From positions 2,168-66,167 of the forward strand of contig JANPFP010000152.1 of the NCBI GenBank assembly GCA_031423495.1: DNA of 64,000 nucleotides, given 5' to 3'. This document shows, piece after piece, positions 57,401 through 64,000 of the stretch. A model generated the notes under the pieces. It did not search any database and was not told where the DNA came from. It saw only the letters and a program-made list of their open reading frames with translations. Numbering within the stretch: position 1 is the first letter of the stretch; each line of letters starts with the position of its first letter. A program made the position numbers and the translations under genes. The DNA is from Acidobacteriota bacterium. GTDB taxonomy: Bacteria > Acidobacteriota > Blastocatellia > RBC074.

Positions 57401-57922
57401 GTCTTCGCTCGCGGCGGTTTGCGCGGGCCAAGCGGTGACGCCCGGCGTAAAAATTTCGACCGAGGTAAAGCGCCGATTGAGTAACGGCAAATTGGTCAGC
57501 GTCTTTTCGCTGAACGTAACAGACACGTCGCTGCGTTCGGTCTTCAGCAACGGTGCTTCTGCCGTGATTGTGACCTGTTCGCTGACTTGTCCAGTTTCGA
57601 GTTTCAAGGTGAGCGAAACTTCCTGGTCTACCGATACGCTGACTTCCTGCACAGCCGACTTGAAACCTTGTGCTTCGACCTTGACTTGATAGCGGCCTAC
57701 GATGAGAAACCGCTGATTGAAATTGCCCGATTCGTTGGTCGTCGCCGTCACGATGACGCCGCGTCCCAAGTCGGTAATGATGACTTTGGCATTGGGTACT
57801 GCCGCGCCTGACGGATCGGTGACCGTGCCGACGATGTTTCCATACACCGCCTGCCCGAACGCCGCTACGCTCGACATCAGCAATAACAAACCCAAGCTGA
57901 TATAGCCTGTAGCCTTTCGCAT
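54449..57922 (-). CDS. TonB-dependent receptor with carboxypeptidase-regulatory N-terminal domain
   Basis: 1157 aa, signal peptide, GTVTDPSGAAVPNAKV, YDAEFG plug motif, GLRYE-like strands and C-terminal RQWQFALRLEY. Confidence 0.92.
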   Translation of the reverse strand: MRKATGYISLGLLLLMSSVAAFGQAVYGNIVGTVTDPSGAAVPNAKVIITDLGRGVIVTATTNESGNFNQRFLIVGRYQVKVEAQGFKSAVQEVSVSVDQEVSLTLKLETGQVSEQVTITAEAPLLKTERSDVSVTFSEKTLTNLPLLNRRFTSVEIFTPGVTAWPAQTAASEDPQGSFRKVVNGQSFAGTSHLLDGTDNHDALLGLIVINPTMESVTEAKVTTSAYDAEFGANAGVVSSQTKSGTNGLHFSVFEFLRNDHLNARNPFTQFNPIRGTNNRYIPVTQINQFGGSASGKIIANKLFWFADYQGTRRNIGGSVITRVPTAAERGGDFSAAGLPNIFDPAGSTAPAARTQFQFNGRNNVIPTNRLSAQAVNLLNKYIPLPNFTPASADQPNYVGAGTVGFNEDLTNTRWDYYVSEKVHAFGRYSFSNYSLTSPGVYGSLAGGVGFQPGSTFAGESKSRNQSVAAGFDYTVSSNWLTDFRFGFFRYRVNVDPGQSQTTPAKDNNIPGLNNDSFTGGMPFFNINGVGAFAFGYALGVNACNCPLRQNERQFQFVNNWTNLNGNHTFKFGADIRRAANLRIPSDRHRSGEMNFDAARTQGPAGGGTGLASFLLGEVSRFERYVSTITDAEERQNRWFFYGQDTWKATKKLTLNYGMRWEIYRPQTVTGAGKGGFIDVNTGEVLIAGSQGVGLDLNQQGTFKNISPRFGLAYRLTDKTVLRMGYGRGFDIGVFGSVFGHNVTQNLPVLGIQSLQPAQNYLSVFSLAQGPTALDPKTILENQPKGPNGRPILPNNVTAFILPKTLRLPTSDQWNLTIQRQLPGEISVEASYVGTKGTHVFAGNGGDYNFNEATVQGFVDANGRRGLTTNQRKLFFNKFGWSQNFRYYGSDASSNYHGAQFKAERRFSKGVSVLSHYTWSRSFNYTGTYYNIDAKEAYGPNDQTRTHVFLLAGVFELPFGKGKKFMGDAPKAVNAVLGGWQMNTVWQLQSGLPFTPSYRDCNAERDTGWCRPNLVGDYRLDNPTRDQWFRTAAAPLQNGASPNPGDPTVIFRATGPADGPWQRPATGTFGNIGRNRLEGPGLSNLDVSFFKNFQVTERVKAQFRAESFNFANRINLANPGVGGNGACVDCPGIAGRITSMLQSATPRQWQFALRLEY

Positions 57923-58007
57923 AGTTGTGACTCCTTACGTGAAAAGTGGGTGATGATTCTGTGTGGTGATCGAATCTATCGAAAAGCCCCATCGGGGCAG
58001 ATTGAAA

Positions 58008-59192
58008 CTACACATCCGCAAAAATCTTTGTGCCGCTCGCGTCGAATTTCATACGCCGCTTTTGCCAATACGCGGCTTTCGCCAAATGCACCGGATTGCA
58101 TGCCGCAATGCCGGTTTCAATATCGGCGTTGAGTTTCTTACCGCTTTGAATCGCGTCGAGAAAATTGTTGGCGTGCGCGACTTCGAGATTGCCTTCGGCT
58201 TTGACGACCGTCGGCTCGCCTTTGTAAGGCGTGAACACGTAATCAGCCCGCGTCAATTCAAGCGTACCTTCCGTGCCTTGAAACAACACGCCCGGCCTTT
58301 CGTTGCGAAGCGGCAGGACGCTTGATTCAAAGGTCAGATTCCAGTTCTTATATTGCAGCATCGCATTGACCGTGTCGTAATTCACGCGGCCATCGTTCAA
58401 GTGATAAATGCCGCCTGTCGCCACGGCGTTCAGCGGGCGCGTTTCGTTCATCATCCACTGCGCGACGTCAGCCCAATGCGTGAGGATGTCGGCCAGCAAG
58501 CCTCCACCGTAATCAGGAAAGTAACGCCACGAATCATAGCGAATCCAGTCGTAAGCGACTTTCGGCGCATCGCCTAAGAAGCGCTCCCAATCCAGTCCCG
58601 CCGGTCGCGGTTGCGGAGCGATCTTGCGGCGCTGCCACGGGAAGTCATGCCATACGGCGCGCGCAAAAATCACCTGACCAAGTTTGCCCTTGTCGAAGAA
58701 CTCTTCTTTCGCGCGACGATAATGCGCGCCGCTGCGTTGTTGCGTACCCGTTTGGCAAACCTTGCCCGATTGCTTGACGGCGGCGATGAGCTTCGCGCCT
58801 TCTTCAAATTTATGCGAAGAAGGTTTCTCAAGATAAATGTGCTTACCCGCCTTGAGCGTCGCGGTCGCATGCGCGAGATGCAAATGATCGGGCGTACCGA
58901 TCAACACCGCGTCAATATCTTTGCGTTGCAGCGTTTCTTCGAGTGCGACGAGTTCAGGCGGAGCCACTCCCAATTGCTCTTTTGCACGATTGCGCTGCAC
59001 GTCATAAACATCACACAGGCAACGCAACTCGGCGCGATTGGTTTTCAAGAAAGCGCCCATCACTTCGCGTCCACGCCGTCCGCTGCCGACGAGCGCCATG
59101 CCGATGCGGTCATTCGCACCGCGCACGCGCGAATACGAAGCCGCTGTCAATGTCGAAGCTGTCACGCCTTGTAAAAATGTTCTTCGTTTCAT
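58008..59192 (-). CDS. Tat-exported Gfo/Idh/MocA family oxidoreductase
   Basis: MKRRTFLQG Tat signal, ALVGSGRRG, VLIGTPDHLH, HIYLEKP, QTGTQQRS. Confidence 0.93.
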   Translation of the reverse strand: MKRRTFLQGVTASTLTAASYSRVRGANDRIGMALVGSGRRGREVMGAFLKTNRAELRCLCDVYDVQRNRAKEQLGVAPPELVALEETLQRKDIDAVLIGTPDHLHLAHATATLKAGKHIYLEKPSSHKFEEGAKLIAAVKQSGKVCQTGTQQRSGAHYRRAKEEFFDKGKLGQVIFARAVWHDFPWQRRKIAPQPRPAGLDWERFLGDAPKVAYDWIRYDSWRYFPDYGGGLLADILTHWADVAQWMMNETRPLNAVATGGIYHLNDGRVNYDTVNAMLQYKNWNLTFESSVLPLRNERPGVLFQGTEGTLELTRADYVFTPYKGEPTVVKAEGNLEVAHANNFLDAIQSGKKLNADIETGIAACNPVHLAKAAYWQKRRMKFDASGTKIFADV

Positions 59193-60058
59193 GCCCCAAA
59201 AGCCTTTCGCAACGCTTCGCGCGCCGGCGCGACGACGGTTTCACCGAGCTTCTCGCCGCTCAGTCGTTCTTCTTCGTTCAACACCCAACCCGTCCAATTC
59301 GCTTTTTGAATTTCTGCTGCCAACGCCGCGAGAGGGAATTCGCCTTGTCCTAAAACCACTTGCGTGCCGTTTTTGAAATCGCGGATGTGCAAGCCGATCA
59401 GGCGACGCTGATGTTTGGCAAAGAACGCCGGAACGTTCGCGCCCGCGTGAAAAGCCCAACCGCAATCGGGCAGGAAGTCCACCAGCGTCGGGTCGGTGTT
59501 TTGAATGAGCGCCTCAATTTCGAGGCCGTCATTGGCGAACTCGGGGCCGTGGTTGTGATAAGCCAGCTTGAGGCTTTTGGTTTTGCAATAGCGCGCCGCG
59601 ACATTCAGCCCTTCGGCTTTGCGCATCATTGCGTCCTGATTGAGCTTGCCGTCTTTCGTTATGGGAGCGCCGCTCACGATGACACGCTGTGCGCCCAACG
59701 GAGCCGCGCCGAAGGCTACGCGTTGAATCAATGAGAGTGGCGCGATGTTGGTGAGCGAGTCGTATTTTTCGAGAAAGATATGCGTACCGAAAAACGTCAG
59801 GCCGGATTGTTCGAGCTGTTTGCGCGCCGCCGCAGTGTTGGCGAATTGGCCTTCGATGTTGCGATAGCCCGTTTCAAATCCGTCGTAGCCCAACACTTTG
59901 AGTTTAGCGAGTACGGTCAGCAGGCTGTCGAAATTTGCGGGATCAATCCGCCACGCATTGGTCTGGCAGGCGAGATTGACGCGCGCTGTCGTTGCGCCTG
60001 AGACAGCGCAGGTCACAGCAGCAGGTAAAGCAAGGAGAAAGTCACGACGATGCAACAC
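59189..60058 (-). CDS. Tat-exported sugar phosphate isomerase/epimerase (TIM barrel)
   Basis: GTG at 60058 after an AAAGGAG SD, HRRDFLL Tat signal, LAYHNHGPEF, PDCGWAF, LHIRDF, LGQGEFPL. Confidence 0.88.
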   Translation of the reverse strand: MLHRRDFLLALPAAVTCAVSGATTARVNLACQTNAWRIDPANFDSLLTVLAKLKVLGYDGFETGYRNIEGQFANTAAARKQLEQSGLTFFGTHIFLEKYDSLTNIAPLSLIQRVAFGAAPLGAQRVIVSGAPITKDGKLNQDAMMRKAEGLNVAARYCKTKSLKLAYHNHGPEFANDGLEIEALIQNTDPTLVDFLPDCGWAFHAGANVPAFFAKHQRRLIGLHIRDFKNGTQVVLGQGEFPLAALAAEIQKANWTGWVLNEEERLSGEKLGETVVAPAREALRKAFGA

Positions 60059-60380
60059 AGGGCGGCTCCTTTCGATTGCTTGATAGACAAACACAGAGAA
60101 AGCCGAACGCAGGCTTTCGCAAAAAGTGAAACAGTCAGTCTTGTTCTTTTGGTGGTAGGTAAGTCGTTATCCCAGCAAAGCTGCCAGCATAATGGGTGAA
60201 GCACTCCGAATTTTCAAACCGATTTTACCGTTGTGCGGCAGAGTCACGCGCGCGTCTGCAACCATTCAAACCAATCGTTCCGGGTCTGATTCAAATTCGG
60301 GAAAAAGCGCGAACTCAATGCGGTCGTATATGTCAGCCAGCCGCCGAGATATAGAGTCTCGCCTGCGACGTATTTCTCAA

Positions 60381-60581
60381 CTATGCGGCTTCTGCATAGG
60401 CAGGCACTTGGCTGAGATAGGCGCGAATCTCAGCCCGCATGCGATCTATTTCGAGCAAATAGCCTTCTGCCATTGCCTGATAATTGGCAGCCGTATATTG
60501 CTGGCGCGCTTCTGCCAACACGCGCTCAAAGCGCCGGATGCGCTCTTGCGTAGCTTCAAACTGCATATCGTTCTCGATCAT
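60381..60581 (-). CDS. Small helical protein, putative partner of the adjacent nucleotidyltransferase (TA-like)
   Basis: 66 aa MIENDMQFEATQERIRRFERVL...EIDRMRAEIRAYL. Its ATG overlaps the upstream stop (ATGA). Confidence 0.65.
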   Translation of the reverse strand: MIENDMQFEATQERIRRFERVLAEARQQYTAANYQAMAEGYLLEIDRMRAEIRAYLSQVPAYAEAA

Positions 60582-61015
60582 TGTATAACCTCCACTATGC
60601 CGCGACGGGTTAGATCGCGTTTGGTTTGCCAGCCTTCGATCAAGTCTTCGACATTGGCAAAACTGGTGCTGCGATTCACCCAAAAAACGCTTGTCCCGAA
60701 GTGTTGTTGGGCAAGTGAGTGTGAAAAAAGAATGCGTGTTTCTCCGGTCAACTGCTCTATGTCGAATTCCGCCGCCAGTACGAGAAAAATATCCACATCA
60801 TTCGGAGCAGGTTTGTCCGTCACGTAACTTCCGTAAATGACAAACCGGTCGAGCAGGCCAGTGGCGCTGACGAGTTGGTGAATAAGTAACAACGCTGCCG
60901 TGGCACGTTGCCTTGACGGAGCGCCTTGTCCCAAACGAGCGACGACTTCAGCCAGCGTTGCCTGGTGAACTCCTTCGGGTAAATCGCCTCGTGCGTTGAA
61001 AGTTGGTAGCGGCAT
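60578..61015 (-). CDS. Minimal nucleotidyltransferase (DUF6932-like)
   Basis: FNARGDLPEGVHQATLAEV, VIYGSYVTDKPAPNDVDI (GS...DxD Pol-beta motif) and RGIVEV. Confidence 0.75.
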   Translation of the reverse strand: MPLPTFNARGDLPEGVHQATLAEVVARLGQGAPSRQRATAALLLIHQLVSATGLLDRFVIYGSYVTDKPAPNDVDIFLVLAAEFDIEQLTGETRILFSHSLAQQHFGTSVFWVNRSTSFANVEDLIEGWQTKRDLTRRGIVEVIQ

Positions 61016-61028
61016 TCTTTCACTCAGT

Positions 61029-61265
61029 TTACTTGCGCATCAATTCAGGATGTTTGATCGGATCGAAGCGATACTTGCCGTCTTTGTCCATGCGCCACGG
61101 ATTGCTGTGTTCGCGCAGGTGCGGCAGCGTTTCGATTTCTGGGTTGAGCCGCAACAAGCTGTGAATCAAACGTCGGATGTGACGGTTGTAAAGACGCTTG
61201 TCTTGCTTCTCGCTGCGGGCTGTCCTGAAGCCGCGCATCGGGGTTTTTCTGTGTGATCTGCTCAT
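61029..61265 (-). CDS. Small basic conserved hypothetical protein (MSRSHRKTP...SEKQDKR type)
   Basis: 78 aa from ATG at 61265 with a GGAGG SD, Arg/Lys-rich, ending in NPWRMDKDGKYRF. Confidence 0.7.
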   Translation of the reverse strand: MSRSHRKTPMRGFRTARSEKQDKRLYNRHIRRLIHSLLRLNPEIETLPHLREHSNPWRMDKDGKYRFDPIKHPELMRK

Positions 61266-61393
61266 GTTCGTTAGTTCCTCCGCTAACGAAACGGCTTCAC
61301 GCTGAACCTCCTGTTGGGTCTCGATTGAATCAACATAGCCGCATTGTAAGTTACCGCCTTCGGCAGACAAACGAATTGATGACACGCGAAAAG

Positions 61394-61428
61394 AAAAAAG
61401 GCTGGCGCACCATGACGCCAGCCTTTTT
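61394..61428. terminator. Rho-independent (bidirectional-looking) terminator after the TonB receptor gene
   Basis: AAAAAAGGCTGGCG-caccatga-CGCCAGCCTTTTT. Confidence 0.85.
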
Positions 61429-61490
61429 AGTTTTAGTTCTAAGCGGGCTTAGAAGTTGATCTTCGCCGCAAGCTGATCGGTACGTGCTAG

Positions 61491-64000
61491 CTAGAACTCC
61501 AGCCGTCCGCCCATCGTGATGATACGTGCGCCCTGTTGCGGGCCGGTCGCCTTGCCGAAATCAGCGTTGCCAATCGTGCCATTCACACCGAAGTTCGTCC
61601 GATTGAACAGGTTGAAGAAGTCGGCGCGATAGACAAACCGAACACGACCGTCACCGGTAAACTTGAACGTTTTCACAATCGAGATGTTCTCAGTGAAGAC
61701 TGGCGGTTGACGAAAACCACCGATTGCTTGCGCTGCGGTGCCAAACTCAAACTCGCCGGGAATGCTAAAGGGAGTCGAGTTCGCAGCGCATTGGAACGAG
61801 CCGGGGCGGTTTGCAATCGCTTCCGGCTGACAACCGAACCAGCGAGCGGACGGGTTATTTGGATCAAGCGTCGTGCGGTCAATTCCTGTACGAACTGACA
61901 CGCCGCTCAAATTGGCCTTCTTGTTAAGGGTAAACAATGTACCCGCGTTCAAGGTGTTCGGCGCTGTGACCTCAAGCAGAGCGCCGGAGACATAGCGGCC
62001 AATAACGCCAAGCGTCCAGCCGCCAATGACGGTATCCACCGCGCGATTGCTTGATCCGAAGAACTTCTTGCCACGGCCAAACGGCAGATCAATTGAGTTC
62101 AAAACGTTGAGGACGTTCGGCTGATCGAACGGCAGCAGCGCTTTCGTATCGCTCAGGTCGTAGTTGTTCTGCGCCTGTGACACCGTTCCCGTCTGGCTGA
62201 AAATCTGCCGGAAGTGTAGCCGTCCGAGCGATTTCGACCGGGTATAGGCAGCCATCATCTGCCAGGGGCCAAAGCGCCGTTCGCCTTTGATCTGCAGCGA
62301 GTCGTACCAGGTTTGACCGTCGCCAGAGTTCCGGTCAAACACGTTGAAGTATTGCGGGAACGGACGCAATGCCTGAGCCAGCGTCTGGTTGTTCGGAAAC
62401 GCGGCATAGGGCTTGGTGAAACCCGCTGCGATCACCGCCGGGGCGTCAATCCGCTGACGCAGAAGCGATCCGAGTGACAGGTATTTGGGGTCAACCTGGT
62501 TGGCCATCAAGGTGGAGTTCAAGCCGCGTCCCCGGTTGCCTACATAGGCAACATCAATCAGGAAACCCTTGATTTCGTGTTGTAGGTTGAGGCTCCAGTT
62601 GTAGATGCGCGGGGCCTTGCCGAAATCGGGGCCCAGCAGGTCGAGGGTGCCCGCTGAGAGTACGCCAAGGCCAGGATCAATAAACGGGGGCTTGGCGCCT
62701 TGGGGAATCGGCACGCCAGCATCCCAGAGCAGAGCCGGGTTGACGCCATCAGCGAGAATGTTTCCTGGAACCCCGCCAAAACCGAGCGTGCAACCGCAAC
62801 CGCCGTTGCCCAGCGTTTGGTAATAAATACCGAAGCCGCCGCGCACGACAGTCTTATCCGTTACCTTGTAAGCGAAACCGCCCCGCGGGCCGATGTTCGA
62901 GAAATCGGTGGGGGAAAACCGCTTCGTACCCGTGCGTCCCGGCCCAGAGCCGGCAAAGATCATCGCGCCGGGCCGTCCGCCTGCCGCCGGATTCGGCAAA
63001 TTGGGATCCACCGTCGAGAATCCGAAGTTCGACATGTGGAAGCCAACCGGCACTTCATAGCGCATACCGAGGTTCAACGTAAGGTTCTGTTTGACCTTCC
63101 AATTGTCCTGGAAGTAACCAGCGTGGTAGCCGTAGCGAATCTGAACGTCGGGAACGGGCAGCGTGGTAAAGGACACCTGATTGGGCGCTCCCAGCAGGAA
63201 GCTGGCGAACGAATGACCGGTGGTGCCAGTGGCGGTCGGCAGCGCTGTTTGAGCACGCTCAAACAGGAACTGGCCGTTGGTGCCAGCCGCGTCCGTGGCC
63301 GCCGTTCTGAGCCGCCGAATATCCCAACCCATCTTAAACTCATGCTTGCCAGTCAACCAACTGATGTTCTGGCTGACGTGGGTTGTCCAGTTAAGCTGAT
63401 AGCCATTGTTCACTTTGCCGTCCTGTACGCCCCAAGGTGTCAGGGCGTCAGCAGCAGCAAAATTGACGCGCGGCGTGGCGTCAGTGGGCACTTTTAGGCC
63501 GACCACCGACGCAAAACCGGCTTGCGCGGGGTTGTCCCAAAACTGCTGCGTCCGGCTGAAGCCAAACGTGGTGTTGATCAGGAAGTTGGGGCGCAGAATC
63601 CAGTCGTGATTGACGCGAAAGTTCTGCGGCTTATTTGGGTTAGCGCCCAGCCCCTGTCCCAATGGTCCGGGCAGCGCAGTGATGTTAGCGGTGTCAACTT
63701 CCTGCAGCGTGTGGAAGTAAGAGATGCGGTTATTTGGCGTGAACGCATGGTCCAACTTCAGGCTCCAAACGTCGTTCGTAACTTTGCTTTCATTGATAAA
63801 GGCCAAGTTATTGGTCACGCCCGGCAAATTGGTATCGGGCAGCGAAGCAAGGAACTTGCGCGAGATGGCGCTGATCCGATTGTTGGGGATGATGTTGCCC
63901 GCGAATTGCTGGCGGACGTTTCCCGCCGTCGTCGCCGGATCATAGATCGCTCGTCCGATTTCAGAAAAGTCGCCGTTCTTCATCCGAACCGTCGGAACCG
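61491..64000 (-). CDS. TonB-dependent receptor, 3' part (5' end beyond the right edge)
   Basis: The open frame runs to the edge, with GDFS, YFQDNWKV..NLTLNLGMRYE, PRGGFAY, ADFFNLFN and C-terminal GGRLEF. Confidence 0.9.
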   Translation of the reverse strand, partial: VPTVRMKNGDFSEIGRAIYDPATTAGNVRQQFAGNIIPNNRISAISRKFLASLPDTNLPGVTNNLAFINESKVTNDVWSLKLDHAFTPNNRISYFHTLQEVDTANITALPGPLGQGLGANPNKPQNFRVNHDWILRPNFLINTTFGFSRTQQFWDNPAQAGFASVVGLKVPTDATPRVNFAAADALTPWGVQDGKVNNGYQLNWTTHVSQNISWLTGKHEFKMGWDIRRLRTAATDAAGTNGQFLFERAQTALPTATGTTGHSFASFLLGAPNQVSFTTLPVPDVQIRYGYHAGYFQDNWKVKQNLTLNLGMRYEVPVGFHMSNFGFSTVDPNLPNPAAGGRPGAMIFAGSGPGRTGTKRFSPTDFSNIGPRGGFAYKVTDKTVVRGGFGIYYQTLGNGGCGCTLGFGGVPGNILADGVNPALLWDAGVPIPQGAKPPFIDPGLGVLSAGTLDLLGPDFGKAPRIYNWSLNLQHEIKGFLIDVAYVGNRGRGLNSTLMANQVDPKYLSLGSLLRQRIDAPAVIAAGFTKPYAAFPNNQTLAQALRPFPQYFNVFDRNSGDGQTWYDSLQIKGERRFGPWQMMAAYTRSKSLGRLHFRQIFSQTGTVSQAQNNYDLSDTKALLPFDQPNVLNVLNSIDLPFGRGKKFFGSSNRAVDTVIGGWTLGVIGRYVSGALLEVTAPNTLNAGTLFTLNKKANLSGVSVRTGIDRTTLDPNNPSARWFGCQPEAIANRPGSFQCAANSTPFSIPGEFEFGTAAQAIGGFRQPPVFTENISIVKTFKFTGDGRVRFVYRADFFNLFNRTNFGVNGTIGNADFGKATGPQQGARIITMGGRLEF

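Noticed and set aside
60270-60370. Minus-strand peptide LADIYDRIEF resembling a Uma2 C-terminus
   Set aside because: Too short and without a start codon or supporting upstream similarity. It may be a remnant but cannot be supported.

Overview
64 kb of a GC-rich bacterial chromosome, most likely an Acidobacteriota (Blastocatellia-like) organism. This taxonomy is inferred from carboxypeptidase-regulatory-domain TonB receptors, a planctomycete-type DUF1549/DUF1553 cytochrome and abundant short intergenic palindromes. Core block: tRNA-Val(GAC)-thrS-infC-rpmI-rplT-pheS-(2 inserted genes)-pheT-zapB-like-zapA. It has two oddities: IF3 has an ATC start and a repeat tail, and L20 is fused through an AAPVVE repeat linker to a DUF4332-like domain. 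Accessory block 1 (6.1-9.5 kb): a toxin-antitoxin/defence-like patch with an RHH antitoxin, a PIN toxin, a nucleotidyltransferase, an AT-rich diadenylate-cyclase-domain gene and a truncated higA. Accessory block 2 (38.1-50.5 kb): a redox island flanked by a decayed serine recombinase. It encodes an MtrA/MtrB-type porin-decaheme pair, a monoheme cytochrome, two nonaheme cytochromes, a cNMP-4Fe4S-cytochrome b protein, an FHA-anchored heptaheme cytochrome and a membrane-anchored ferredoxin-TrxB-like flavoprotein. Together these form a candidate regulated cytoplasm-to-outside electron wire, the most interesting system here. Accessory block 3 (50.5-64 kb): a TonB/MFS/Tat-enzyme sugar utilisation locus interrupted by small TA-like genes. 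Several REP-like palindrome families are scattered through the window, and one is inserted in frame in an MFS gene. No CRISPR array, rRNA or intact transposase was seen. All family assignments come from motif recognition by eye; no database searches were run.
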